This document shows, piece after piece, positions 17,646 to 26,958 of a stretch of DNA of 64,000 bases. The DNA lies in assembly GCA_030532035.1 (NCBI GenBank), contig JAUNLX010000006.1:6191-70190 (forward strand), given 5' to 3'. The notes under the pieces are model-generated. The model was not told the origin of the DNA. It searched no databases and worked only from the letters and a program-made list of their open reading frames with translations. How positions within the stretch are numbered: the stretch's first letter is position 1; each line of letters begins with the position of its first letter. A program made the position numbers and the translations under genes. This DNA is from Clostridia bacterium. Its GTDB lineage: Bacteria; Bacillota; Clostridia; Oscillospirales; Acutalibacteraceae.

Positions 17646-18259
17646 TATTCACCTGTTTTATCGTCAGGCGTAGAATCATCCTCATTTGATATTTTAGCAT
17701 CTACATCTATAATATCTCCATTTACATTGGAATTATTATTCATATCAAAATCATTAATACCAAGTTTTTCATAAGTTTCTTCTCTGATGAGTTTCAAACT
17801 GTCTTTTATTCCCTCGTAGACATTTACTGTTGTGGCAACCACTACAGGTGCGAAAATCAATCCAGGTAATCTAAATAAAGCATATCCGATAACGGACGAA
17901 ACAATTGTGGGAACAAAAGCCAAACCAACTGACTTGCCTCTTAAAACCGGCTCTAAAATTTGATGTATAATCGCAATTATTACATACATCAGTATGAGTC
18001 CGAGTGCTGTCTGTGGATGTCTTAAATAAAAGAGCTCATAAATAGCCCAAGGTACTAAAACAACTCCAGAACCAACTAAGGGTAATAAATCGACAACAGC
18101 TATACCCAAAGAAATCCAAAATATATGTTCAATTTTCATTATAGAAAATCCAATAAGTAAAATAACAAATGCGATGCCAGCAATTATCAGTTGAGCTTTT
18201 AATATTTGTTTGAAATTTTTCTTAAATTCTTCTATGAAACGAGCTTTTAAAGTATTCAT
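17645..18259 (-). CDS. AI-2E/PerM (UPF0118)-like membrane protein, about half normal length
   Basis: 204 aa. The DLLPLVGSGVVLVPWAIY...ILEP...G.S.GL...V region resembles the C-terminal half of AI-2E family transporters. It has an acidic tail, and its stop overlaps the RpiR start (TAATG). Confidence 0.6.
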   Translation of the reverse strand: MNTLKARFIEEFKKNFKQILKAQLIIAGIAFVILLIGFSIMKIEHIFWISLGIAVVDLLPLVGSGVVLVPWAIYELFYLRHPQTALGLILMYVIIAIIHQILEPVLRGKSVGLAFVPTIVSSVIGYALFRLPGLIFAPVVVATTVNVYEGIKDSLKLIREETYEKLGINDFDMNNNSNVNGDIIDVDAKISNEDDSTPDDKTGE

Positions 18260-18329
18260 AAGCTTTCCTCCTGATTATAATTTTATCATAAGAGTTATTA
18301 AAATTCCAATTCTTAAAGATATAATACAA

Positions 18330-18365
18330 ATAAAAAATACGGATGAAAACAAGTTTCATCCGTAT
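18330..18365 (-). terminator. terminator after the NSS transporter gene
   Basis: ATACGGATGAAA-(5 nt)-TTTCATCCGTAT followed on the minus strand by TTTTTT. Confidence 0.75.
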
Positions 18366-18385
18366 GAAATATTGTTGTTTGCCTA

Positions 18386-19759
18386 TTAAGAAACTACAAG
18401 GTTTGAGATTAATATTGCTGCAAGGAAAATTGGTGCAATATATTTAACCATAACTTCATAAGCTTTCTTAGCCTTAAATTCCCCTGATTTGAGAACTTCT
18501 TCTTCAACAAATTTGGGCTTTGCAATGAATCCAACAAGGATACAGGTTAAGATTGCAATTATGGGCATCATAACTGAGTTTGTAATAAAGTCAAAGAAGT
18601 CTAAGAACTCTCTACCAAGAAGCTTGATGTGTCCAAGTGGTCCATATCCAAGACATGAAAGTGTTCCAAGTACAATTGAAATTACAAATACAATCAAAGT
18701 TGCAACTGTTCTGTTAATCTTGAATTTATCAAGGAAAACAGATACAACAGCTTCCATAAGAGAAATAGATGATGTGAGAGCTGCAAAGAATACCAAGATG
18801 AAGAACAATGCACCTACGATTTTTCCACCAGGCATTTGTGCAAATACTTGAGGAAGAGTAACGAACATAAGTCCAGGTCCTGCATTGATTTTTGTAGGAT
18901 CTCCACCGTTGAAAGCAACTACTGGTGGAACAATCATAAATCCAGCAAGGAAAGCTACAAGTGAATCAAATACTACAATTTGAACAGATGATTTTTGAAT
19001 ATCATCATCTTTTTTCATATATGAGCCATAAGTAAGCATGATAGCCATAGCAAGCGACAATGAGTAGAACAATTGACCCAAAGCCGAAAGGAATAAATCT
19101 GCAACATCTTTAAATGACTTGATAAATGAAAAATTAGGAACAAGATAATATTTGAGTCCAGATACAACTCCAGGAATTGTAATGGTGTAAATTCCAATTC
19201 CAATTGAGAGCAAAATCAAAAGAGGCATCATTATTTTACTTGCTTTTTCAACGCCTTTTTGTACTCCGAGTAAAACGATAACAGTTGTAATTACCATAAA
19301 TAAGATGAACCAAAATAGTGCGTTGTTAGTAAATCCGTTTGCTTGAACGGTGATGAAGTTAGTAAAGAAAGATTCAGAATCTTTAGCAATATCGCCTGAT
19401 TGATTTGCAATATATGAAACTCCGTACTTTGTTACCCAACCACCGATTACAGAATAATAAGGTAAAATAATTGTCGGGACGAGAGCTGTAAGCAATCCCA
19501 AGAATCCAAATTTTGAATTCATTTTTTTGTATGCGCCGATACATGAAAGTCTTGTTCTTCTACCAATGGAAATTTCTGTAATTAATAAGGCTAAACCAAA
19601 AGTTAAAGCAAAAATCACATAGACGAGAAGAAATACTGCGCCTCCCTTTTGAGCCGCTAAATATGGAAATCTCCAAAGATTTCCGAGTCCTACGGCAGAG
19701 CCGGCTGCTGCAAGCACGAATCCAACTCTACTCGAAAAAGTATCTCGTTTTTCCGACAT
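18386..19759 (-). CDS. sodium-dependent transporter, neurotransmitter:sodium symporter (SNF/NSS) family
   Basis: 457 aa, 11-12 TM, with hallmark GLGNLWRFPYLA near the N-terminus. Confidence 0.9.
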   Translation of the reverse strand: MSEKRDTFSSRVGFVLAAAGSAVGLGNLWRFPYLAAQKGGAVFLLVYVIFALTFGLALLITEISIGRRTRLSCIGAYKKMNSKFGFLGLLTALVPTIILPYYSVIGGWVTKYGVSYIANQSGDIAKDSESFFTNFITVQANGFTNNALFWFILFMVITTVIVLLGVQKGVEKASKIMMPLLILLSIGIGIYTITIPGVVSGLKYYLVPNFSFIKSFKDVADLFLSALGQLFYSLSLAMAIMLTYGSYMKKDDDIQKSSVQIVVFDSLVAFLAGFMIVPPVVAFNGGDPTKINAGPGLMFVTLPQVFAQMPGGKIVGALFFILVFFAALTSSISLMEAVVSVFLDKFKINRTVATLIVFVISIVLGTLSCLGYGPLGHIKLLGREFLDFFDFITNSVMMPIIAILTCILVGFIAKPKFVEEEVLKSGEFKAKKAYEVMVKYIAPIFLAAILISNLVVS

Positions 19760-19777
19760 AAAATCCTCCAGTTTTTT

Positions 19778-20332
19778 TTATTTACTTAATCTATCAATAA
19801 AGTCTTGAATAAAAGTATCAATATCAATATTTTTATTATTTAAGACTTTTTGAACTATCAATCCATCAGACAAGAACAAAATCAGCAAAGACAATTCATT
19901 GGGGTCGTATTCAGAACTTCTTTCGGCGATTTTTCCGCTTATCAATTTCTTAAATTGATCATATCTCGCATTCATCTTTTCTTTTAGATCGTCGTTTCCA
20001 AACATTGACTCATGAATTAGGTGCATTCTAAGTTCTGGGGAAACAATTGATCTTTCAATGACATATTTTAACATTCGATGAAGCGAAGTATCTTTGTCTT
20101 TATTTTCTGTCCAGTCAATTAGCTGTTTCCATTGGTCATCAAGATAATCGTCATAAATTTGAAGTAAAATCTCATTTTTATTCTTAAAATAGTAATAGAG
20201 AGTTCCCTTTGAAATTCCAGCATTTTTAGCTATTTCTGCGAGAGAAATGTATGGGAAAGATTTTTCTTTTAGCAAATCAGTAGTGGCATCAATAATTTTT
20301 CTTTTTAAATCTTCATTTCTCGGTGCTGCCAT
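19778..20332 (-). CDS. TetR/AcrR family transcriptional regulator
   Basis: HTH SLAEIAKNAGISKGTLYYYFKNK. I prefer the start at MAAPRNEDLK (20332) over the track start at 20419, which reads through the divergent promoter region. Confidence 0.85.
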   Translation of the reverse strand: MAAPRNEDLKRKIIDATTDLLKEKSFPYISLAEIAKNAGISKGTLYYYFKNKNEILLQIYDDYLDDQWKQLIDWTENKDKDTSLHRMLKYVIERSIVSPELRMHLIHESMFGNDDLKEKMNARYDQFKKLISGKIAERSSEYDPNELSLLILFLSDGLIVQKVLNNKNIDIDTFIQDFIDRLSK

Positions 20333-20510
20333 TTTTTTCCTCTTAAAACTCGCATATCTTAACTTATTTATACTGTTACTGCTTGATAATTGTAGAAATT
20401 CTATCACTTTAAATAACAAAAGTAAAGAGAAATTTTTGATTCTACATATTTAACAAATTGTGATAGATATTCAAATGAAGATTATTTATATTTAAACAAA
20501 AATTCCGTTG

Positions 20511-20539
20511 TTGACAAAACAATACTATTGTAATATTAT
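20511..20539 (+). promoter_or_regulatory. candidate sigma-A promoter of the flavoprotein operon
   Basis: TTGACA, 17 nt, TATTAT. A small hairpin AGTCGG-(8 nt)-CCGACT lies in the leader. The divergent TetR gene makes this the likely operator region. Confidence 0.55.
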
Positions 20540-20591
20540 TTATTCAATAAGTCGGTTGAGTGTCCGACTAAACCTGTTTTTGGAGGTTCTA

Positions 20592-22337
20592 ATGAATATT
20601 GATAGCTTTAATAGGAAATTAAATAAAAAATTAAACAGAGAATTTAATGGAAAATTTAAAGCCGAACTCAAAGATAAAATCATCAGAGTTACAGGTAAAT
20701 CTGACGACTGGAATGAAATTATAAAAGCATGTCAGATGTGTGTTTATAGAAAAGACGGTATTCATGTCGTAAATGATATTGAGTTTACGGGAGATGTTAT
20801 ACCCGAAATGAAAAAACCCGCTGTCGAGGATAAGAGCCTTGACGGTGAAAAATGTGATGTTTTAATCATTGGCGGTGGTATTAGCGGAACTTCTATTGCA
20901 AGAGAGCTATCAAAATGGAATCTTAAGATTTTCCTTGTTGAAAAAGAAGTTGATGTTGCTCTCGGCGCTTCTGGTAGAAATGACGGCGAAGTTCACCCTG
21001 GAGTAGACTTACATAAAGGATATTTAAAAACTAAATATATAAGAAAGGGAAATCACAAATACGATCAAATTTCCAAAGAACTTGGTGTCCCCTTTCGTCG
21101 TATAGGTCAATATGTCGGATTTACAAAAGGATACCTGCGCCCTCTCGTTTGGCTCTATGCAATGTATAAAAAATATATTGTAGGTATTGAAGATACAGAA
21201 ATTGTAGGCAAAGATGTTATAGAAAAAAAAGAGCCTGCATTAAATAAAGATTTTAAATTCGCTCTTTCAAATCCCTCTACTGGCGTTGTTTGCCCTTACG
21301 GTCTGACGATTGCCTATGCAGAGAATGCCGTTGAAAATGGAGCTAAAGTCTTTTTAAGCACCTATGTAAAAGACATAAATGTTGAAAATAAAATTATAAA
21401 AAGCGTAGAAACTAACAGAGGAACAATTTATCCTAAAATTGTCATAAATGCCGCAGGTGTTTTTGCTGAAGAAATAGCAAAAATGGCAGAAGACAGATTT
21501 TACTCAATTCACCCACGAAGAGGAACAGATATAATTCTCGATAAAAAAACTGGACTTAGATTTGATACAGTTTCAACTGTCAAAGAAATAGAACTTAAAA
21601 ACAAATCACACAGCAAGGGTGGCGGTCTTATAAAAACTGCACATGACAATGTTCTTGTAGGCCCTGACGCTGTTGAAACATATAAAAAAGAAGATTATCA
21701 AACTACTCCAGAAAGTATGGATACACTCTATAACAAACAGCAAATCACAATGCCATCTCTAAGCAGAAGTGAAGCAATAACTTATTTTACTGGTGTTCGT
21801 GCTCCCAATTTTGAAGAAGATTTTGTAATCGAGAAAGGACGAAACACGAAAAATTTAATACACTGTGCTGCTATTCAATCTCCAGGATTGACTACAGCCC
21901 CCGCCGTCGCTTTGGACATTGAAAAAATGACCATTGAATTACTCAAAGAAAGTGGAGAAGTAATTGAAAAGAATGAAAATTATAATCCAGTTAGAAAACA
22001 TCAAATTCCACAGATGAGCGAGCTTCCTGCAGAAGAAAGAGAAAAATATATAAAAGAAAATCCCGATTATGGAATTATCATTTGCAGATGTGAACAAGTC
22101 AGCAAAGGCGAAATTTTAGACGCTTTGAATGCGCCAATCAGTGTTCCAACAGTTGACGGTATCAAGAAAAGAGTTCGCCCTGGAATGGGAAGATGTCAAG
22201 GTGGATTTTGTATGCCAACTGTAACAAAAATAATTTCAGATTATTTAAATGAACCAATGATGAATGTTAGAAAATCAGGTGCTGATTCTGTTTTGGTATA
22301 TGGTGAAACAAAGGGCGGTGAAATCAATGAAAACTAA
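20592..22337 (+). CDS. FAD-dependent oxidoreductase, GlpA/glycerol-3-phosphate dehydrogenase-like, with BFD-like [2Fe-2S] domain
   Basis: GGAGG RBS then ATG at 20592. CDVLIIGGGISG Rossmann fold begins only at about residue 88. C-terminal CRCE...GMGRCQGGFC is BFD-like. Confidence 0.8.
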   Translation: MNIDSFNRKLNKKLNREFNGKFKAELKDKIIRVTGKSDDWNEIIKACQMCVYRKDGIHVVNDIEFTGDVIPEMKKPAVEDKSLDGEKCDVLIIGGGISGTSIARELSKWNLKIFLVEKEVDVALGASGRNDGEVHPGVDLHKGYLKTKYIRKGNHKYDQISKELGVPFRRIGQYVGFTKGYLRPLVWLYAMYKKYIVGIEDTEIVGKDVIEKKEPALNKDFKFALSNPSTGVVCPYGLTIAYAENAVENGAKVFLSTYVKDINVENKIIKSVETNRGTIYPKIVINAAGVFAEEIAKMAEDRFYSIHPRRGTDIILDKKTGLRFDTVSTVKEIELKNKSHSKGGGLIKTAHDNVLVGPDAVETYKKEDYQTTPESMDTLYNKQQITMPSLSRSEAITYFTGVRAPNFEEDFVIEKGRNTKNLIHCAAIQSPGLTTAPAVALDIEKMTIELLKESGEVIEKNENYNPVRKHQIPQMSELPAEEREKYIKENPDYGIIICRCEQVSKGEILDALNAPISVPTVDGIKKRVRPGMGRCQGGFCMPTVTKIISDYLNEPMMNVRKSGADSVLVYGETKGGEINEN

Positions 22338-23604
22338 AAATTATGATGTAGTCGTTATCGGTGGAGGCGCTGCAGGACTTGCCGCTGCTTTACAGGTACA
22401 TAAAAGTAAAAAATCTGTTTTAGTTATTGAGAGAGAAGTTCGTTTAGGCGGTATCTTGAAACAGTGCATTCACGACGGTTTTGGGCTTTTAAGATTTAAG
22501 GAAAAGCTTTCGGGCCCTGAATATGTTGAGAGATTTATTGATGAAATTCACAGTGAAAATATTGACTATGTCTGCCTCACCTTTGTCACTAAAATTGAAA
22601 GAACTTCAGATGGAGATTTCAAAATTTCAGTTGTCTCCAAGGACGGATGCGATGAGATAATTGCCAAAGCCCTAATTTTAGCAAATGGCTGTCGGGAGAG
22701 AACTGCAAAACAAATATATATACATGGTACTCGTCCGGCAGGTGTATATACTGCTGGCAGTGCTCAGGCTCTCACTAACATTTACGGTCAATTACCTACT
22801 AAAAAATGTGTAATTTTAGGAAGCGGTGATATTGGCTTAATTATGGCAAGAAGACTGACGCTTGAAGGTGCAGAAGTTGAGGGCGTATACGAAATAAAAC
22901 CCACCCCCTCTGGACTTATGCGTAATGTTCATCAATGCCTTTATGATTACAACATACCGCTTCATCTTTCACATACAGTTACACGAGTTTATGGAGATGA
23001 AAGATTAGAGGGCGTTGAAATTATGCAAGTAGATGAAAATTTCAAGCCCATTGAAGGCACTCAAAAAACTATTGATTGTGATGCATTGATTTTATCTGTG
23101 GGACTGATTCCCGAAAATGAACTTGCTGAAAGTCTCGATATAAAACTTGATCCAAAAACTAAAGGACCTATCGTAGACAGCGACCTTATGACTGATATTC
23201 CGGGAGTTTTTTCTTGTGGAAATGCTCTACATGTAAATGACCTTGTAGATTATGTTTCAGAAAGTGGCGAGATTGCCGGAAAGAATGCTGCCTCATATGT
23301 CGAAAATAAAGGTAAAGTCAATAGAAATGAAATTGATTTAAATATCAGCAATGACTTTCTTTACATGGTTCCTCAGAAAATAAATATAAGTAAAATAGAT
23401 GAAAAAGTTGATATTTATTTTAGAAGTAAAAAAGATCGCAATAATGTTGTTTTGAAATTAAATCTCAATGACAAAGAAGTTTTCAGTAAAAAATATCAAT
23501 TTTTAAGACCACCAGAGATGGAAAAAATTTCATTTGATTTCAAATCATTGAATTTACAAGACAACGATAAACTGGAATTTTCAATTTCGGAGGTGCAAAA
23601 ATGA
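22327..23604 (+). CDS. pyridine nucleotide-disulfide family NAD(P)/FAD-dependent oxidoreductase
   Basis: YDVVVIGGGAAGLAAA plus a second dinucleotide fold VILGSGDIGL, and CGNALHVNDLVD. I prefer the start at 22327 (MKTKNYD), not 22264. Confidence 0.8.
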   Translation: MKTKNYDVVVIGGGAAGLAAALQVHKSKKSVLVIEREVRLGGILKQCIHDGFGLLRFKEKLSGPEYVERFIDEIHSENIDYVCLTFVTKIERTSDGDFKISVVSKDGCDEIIAKALILANGCRERTAKQIYIHGTRPAGVYTAGSAQALTNIYGQLPTKKCVILGSGDIGLIMARRLTLEGAEVEGVYEIKPTPSGLMRNVHQCLYDYNIPLHLSHTVTRVYGDERLEGVEIMQVDENFKPIEGTQKTIDCDALILSVGLIPENELAESLDIKLDPKTKGPIVDSDLMTDIPGVFSCGNALHVNDLVDYVSESGEIAGKNAASYVENKGKVNRNEIDLNISNDFLYMVPQKINISKIDEKVDIYFRSKKDRNNVVLKLNLNDKEVFSKKYQFLRPPEMEKISFDFKSLNLQDNDKLEFSISEVQK

Positions 23605-23960
23605 AAGAAATGGTTTGCATAGTTTGCCCCAGAGGTTGCCGACTTACTGTTGACAATCAAGGAGATGAAATTAAAGTTGATGGAAATTTTTGCAAAAGAG
23701 GTCAAGACTTTGCTATTTCAGAGCTCACAAAACCTATGAGAACAATCTGTACTACTGTAAAAACTCAATTTGAAGAATTTCCTGTCTTACCAGTACGAGT
23801 TTCAGCAGAAATTCCCAAAGAAAATATTTTCGATGTAATGAAAGAAATCAATAAAGTCGTTGTAAAAGATAAACTTGAGCGTGGAGATATAGTTATAAAG
23901 AACATCTTGGGATTAAATGTAGATGTCATCGCTACAAGTGATATTCTTAAAAATGCTTAA
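23601..23960 (+). CDS. DUF1667 domain protein
   Basis: 119 aa with CIVCPRGCRL...FCKRG Cys motif. It is the third member of the conserved GlpA-like/oxidoreductase/DUF1667 trio, with an ATGA overlap upstream. Confidence 0.8.
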   Translation: MKEMVCIVCPRGCRLTVDNQGDEIKVDGNFCKRGQDFAISELTKPMRTICTTVKTQFEEFPVLPVRVSAEIPKENIFDVMKEINKVVVKDKLERGDIVIKNILGLNVDVIATSDILKNA

Positions 23961-23972
23961 CATTCATAAAAG

Positions 23973-23999
23973 AAAAAGTGCCCTTTGGGGCACTTTTTT
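23973..23999 (+). terminator. terminator after the flavoprotein operon
   Basis: AGTGCCC-(4 nt)-GGGCACT followed by TTTTTT. Confidence 0.75.
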
Positions 24000-24288
24000 G
24001 TTTTCTATTTTTATATTATTTATATCTTTTTATTATAAAACCATCCATATCTATCATAAAATAAAATTTCATAAAAGTAAAAAAATATTATAAAAATCAT
24101 ACCTAAGAGCTGAAAAATCTTATTATATAAAAGTAAAAGTTTACAATTTTTGCGAAAATTTTCCCATTAAAAAATATAGTTTTTAAAGCAATTTAAACAA
24201 AAATGTTTGCTTTAGTTTGTTTTATATGTTAGATTTAAATAACAGATTTGCTTTTTGCTATCTGAAAATTTAAAGGAGGTACGTTTAG

Positions 24289-24408
24289 ATGTTGGAAGTA
24301 ATTTTTGCAATGGTTTCAAAAATAGTCGAGCTATCCGGTGTCACTGTTCACGATTTAGGAATCGTAGACACAATATTTGATTCAATATTAGACTTGTTGG
24401 CACGCTGA
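24289..24408 (+). CDS. unannotated small ORF encoding a 39-aa acidic amphipathic peptide
   Basis: Below the track length cutoff. AAAGGAGG lies 9 nt upstream of the ATG. Translation: MLEVIFAMVSKIVELSGVTVHDLGIVDTIFDSILDLLAR. It is followed by its own strong terminator and preceded by 330 bp of AT-rich non-coding DNA. Confidence 0.5.
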   Translation: MLEVIFAMVSKIVELSGVTVHDLGIVDTIFDSILDLLAR

Positions 24409-24432
24409 TTTGCAATTTGGGAAGTAGGTAAG

Positions 24433-24472
24433 AAATCAAAACCATACAATTGCGTATGGTTTTGATTTTTTG
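24433..24472 (+). terminator. terminator after the small ORF
   Basis: 15-bp stem AAATCAAAACCATAC/GTATGGTTTTGATTT with a 6-nt loop, then a T-run. Confidence 0.8.
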
Positions 24473-24552
24473 CTTTTTTTACTTATCAATTATATTTATC
24501 AATATATTTTACAAAATAAACTTTAATTAAAATTTATATCTTTATAATGTAT

Positions 24553-24582
24553 AAAAAAGACCTCTATATAGAGGTCTTTTTT
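24553..24582. terminator. bidirectional terminator
   Basis: AAAAAAGACCTCTATATAGAGGTCTTTTTT, a palindromic stem flanked by A6 and T6, located 7 nt from the purO-like stop. Confidence 0.75.
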
Positions 24583-24588
24583 GAGTAA

Positions 24589-25296
24589 TTATTGGTTTTT
24601 GTTGAAAATTTTCACATCTTCTTTGCCAGTTTTCAAGTCAATGAAATTCACATAAAGCGAAACTTTATTATCTGGATTTAAGCTCTCCCATAAATTTTCA
24701 GCAAAAGCTTTTTCATCTTCAGAAATTTTAATTTTAATCGGTTCTCCTACAAATGAGGGCAATGGATTTCCGTCGCATACATAAGTTGAAATGAATTCTC
24801 CCTGCCCTGCTCTCGGATTTTCATAATCAAATAAAAATCTCAAAACGCTATCTTTGTCTCCCTCGTCGCTCTTTAATATCGATAGAGTATATGAAAAATC
24901 TTCATCAATTTTCACTATTCCAGAAATTCTGGGAGTGCAATTTGGGAAATCAGGCTCATAAGTTCTCGTATCTAAAGCTTCTTTAAATCCGCCTTTTTTG
25001 GATTTTAGAAATTTATATATAGTATCAGTTTGATCTCCATTTGTAACAATAAGTTTATTCTTATATTTTATAACCGGATTATAAATGATTAAAGAGGGAT
25101 CTTCCAATTTGCTTTCATCAAAAGCCTGTGTTTTTATTCCATTTTTTGTTTTTGCAAAAATTCTATTTTTAGAATTTTCACTTCTGCCCATAATGAAATA
25201 AGCCACAACAGCTTTTTTCCCATCTACTGATTTACCTAAAATTATTCCTCTTCCTGGATAAGTATTTTGTTTTAATAATTCAAAGATATTTTCCAT
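24589..25296 (-). CDS. purO: IMP cyclohydrolase, PurO (archaeal-type) family
   Basis: 235 aa. The N-terminus YPGRGIILGKS.DGKKAVVAYFIMGRSENSKNR resembles the PurO-like IMP cyclohydrolase family. It is the last gene of the pur operon. Confidence 0.7.
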   Translation of the reverse strand: MENIFELLKQNTYPGRGIILGKSVDGKKAVVAYFIMGRSENSKNRIFAKTKNGIKTQAFDESKLEDPSLIIYNPVIKYKNKLIVTNGDQTDTIYKFLKSKKGGFKEALDTRTYEPDFPNCTPRISGIVKIDEDFSYTLSILKSDEGDKDSVLRFLFDYENPRAGQGEFISTYVCDGNPLPSFVGEPIKIKISEDEKAFAENLWESLNPDNKVSLYVNFIDLKTGKEDVKIFNKNQ

Positions 25297-25923
25297 TCAA
25301 TCCTCCTTGATTTTTACGACATCATTTTCTATTTTAAGCTTTCCAGAACAAAAATATTCTGCTGCCATCGGCAAAATTTTCCACTCAGCTTGTTCCATAA
25401 CTCTTTTTTGTAGAGTTTCAGGTGTATCATTTTCCATAACACCAACAGGTTTTTGTAAAATAATGGCTCCACCGTCAGTAATTGCATTGACAAAATGAAC
25501 TGTTGCACCAGTCACTTTAACGCCTTTTTTTAGAGCCGCTTTGTGAACTTTCAAGCCATACATTCCATCTCCACAGAAACTGGGAATTAAAGACGGATGA
25601 ACATTTATAATTTTATTTTCATATATCTTTGTAAACTTTTCTGTGAGAATTGATAAAAATCCTGCAAGAATTATCAAATCTGCATTTTCTTTTTGTATTT
25701 CATCAATTAATTTATCACAAAATTCTTCTTTATTTGAAAAATCTTTTCTAACAACTCTTTCAAAGGGAATGTTATTTTTTTCTGCTCGCACTTCAGCATA
25801 AGACTCTCTATCTGAAATAACCTTTACTATTTTTCCACTTTTTAAAATTCCGTTTTTTTCGGCATCTATAAGCGCCTGCAAATTGGAGCCTCCACCACTA
25901 ACTAAAACAACTATATTCAGCAT
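25297..25923 (-). CDS. purN: phosphoribosylglycinamide formyltransferase
   Basis: 208 aa with [23 protein letters not shown] and GATVHFV. Confidence 0.92.
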   Translation of the reverse strand: MLNIVVLVSGGGSNLQALIDAEKNGILKSGKIVKVISDRESYAEVRAEKNNIPFERVVRKDFSNKEEFCDKLIDEIQKENADLIILAGFLSILTEKFTKIYENKIINVHPSLIPSFCGDGMYGLKVHKAALKKGVKVTGATVHFVNAITDGGAIILQKPVGVMENDTPETLQKRVMEQAEWKILPMAAEYFCSGKLKIENDVVKIKED

Positions 25924-26948
25924 ATCTCCACCTTGCCGTCGCCGTTTATAATTTCGCCGATTACTCTTGCTTCTTCTCCATTTTCAGAGAGAATCGAAAG
26001 AGATTTTTCAACATCTTCATCTGCAACACAAATCATAAATCCTGTGCCCATATTGAAAGTATTGAACATATCGTGTTCATTTATTCCCTTGCTCGCAATT
26101 AAATTGAAAATTGGCTTTATGTCTAATTTATTTTTATATATTTTTGCACTCAATTTGTCATTTAACATTCTTGGAACATTTTCATAAAATCCGCCACCTG
26201 TTATATGTGACATAGAATGAACTTCAACTTGATTTATCAAAGCTAAAACAGATTTCACATAAATTTTCGTGGGTGTCAAAAGTTCCTCTCCCAAAGTTTT
26301 TCCAAGCTCAGCAACTTCTTTTTTTAGATTGTCCGCATTGACATCAAAAATTTTTCTTACAAGTGAAAAGCCATTTGAATGAACACCGGATGAAGATAAC
26401 CCGATGATTTTATCGCCAGCTTGCAAATTTTTAGAATCAATCATTTTTTTCTTGTCTGCAATCCCAACTGCAAATCCCGCAAGGTCATATTCATCTTCTG
26501 GATAAAATCCTGGCATTTCAGCGGTTTCCCCACCAACTAAGGCGGCACCAGACATAGAACAGCCTTCTGCAATTCCAGATACAATTTGCTCTACCTTTGT
26601 CGGAATATTTTTTCCGAGAGCTATATAGTCAAGGAAAAACAAAGGCTTTGCACCAGCGCAAATAATATCATTTACGCACATTGCTACACAGTCAATCCCA
26701 ACTGTATTGTGCTTGTCCATCAAAAAGGCAATTTTTAATTTCGTGCCAACTCCATCAGTTCCAGAAATCAAAACTGGCTCTTCCATACCAGTTAAATCTG
26801 GTCTAAAAGCTCCAGAAAAAGCACCTATATCAGTAAGGACTCCTTTTGTATTGGTCTTTTTTATGTGTTTTTTTATCAATTCGACGGATTCATATCCCGC
26901 CTCAACATCAACACCTGCCGATTTATAACTATCGCTGAAACTTTCCAT
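25917..26948 (-). CDS. purM: phosphoribosylformylglycinamidine cyclo-ligase (AIR synthetase)
   Basis: 343 aa with [19 protein letters not shown] and DYIA motifs. Confidence 0.93.
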   Translation of the reverse strand: MESFSDSYKSAGVDVEAGYESVELIKKHIKKTNTKGVLTDIGAFSGAFRPDLTGMEEPVLISGTDGVGTKLKIAFLMDKHNTVGIDCVAMCVNDIICAGAKPLFFLDYIALGKNIPTKVEQIVSGIAEGCSMSGAALVGGETAEMPGFYPEDEYDLAGFAVGIADKKKMIDSKNLQAGDKIIGLSSSGVHSNGFSLVRKIFDVNADNLKKEVAELGKTLGEELLTPTKIYVKSVLALINQVEVHSMSHITGGGFYENVPRMLNDKLSAKIYKNKLDIKPIFNLIASKGINEHDMFNTFNMGTGFMICVADEDVEKSLSILSENGEEARVIGEIINGDGKVEIC

Positions 26949-26958
26949 ACTTCCTCCA

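Noticed and set aside
20508-20591. N-terminal extensions suggested by the track for several ORFs (20508, 22264, 29596, 33298, 20419, 6453, 53099, 31026)
   Set aside because: The extensions run through promoters, terminators or upstream genes. They lack an RBS, whereas internal ATG/GTG codons with good Shine-Dalgarno sequences give N-termini matching the family norm.
24289-24408. The small ORF as an AgrD-type autoinducing peptide precursor
   Set aside because: It has no Cys for thiolactone formation in the expected position. No agrB, histidine kinase or response regulator genes are nearby.
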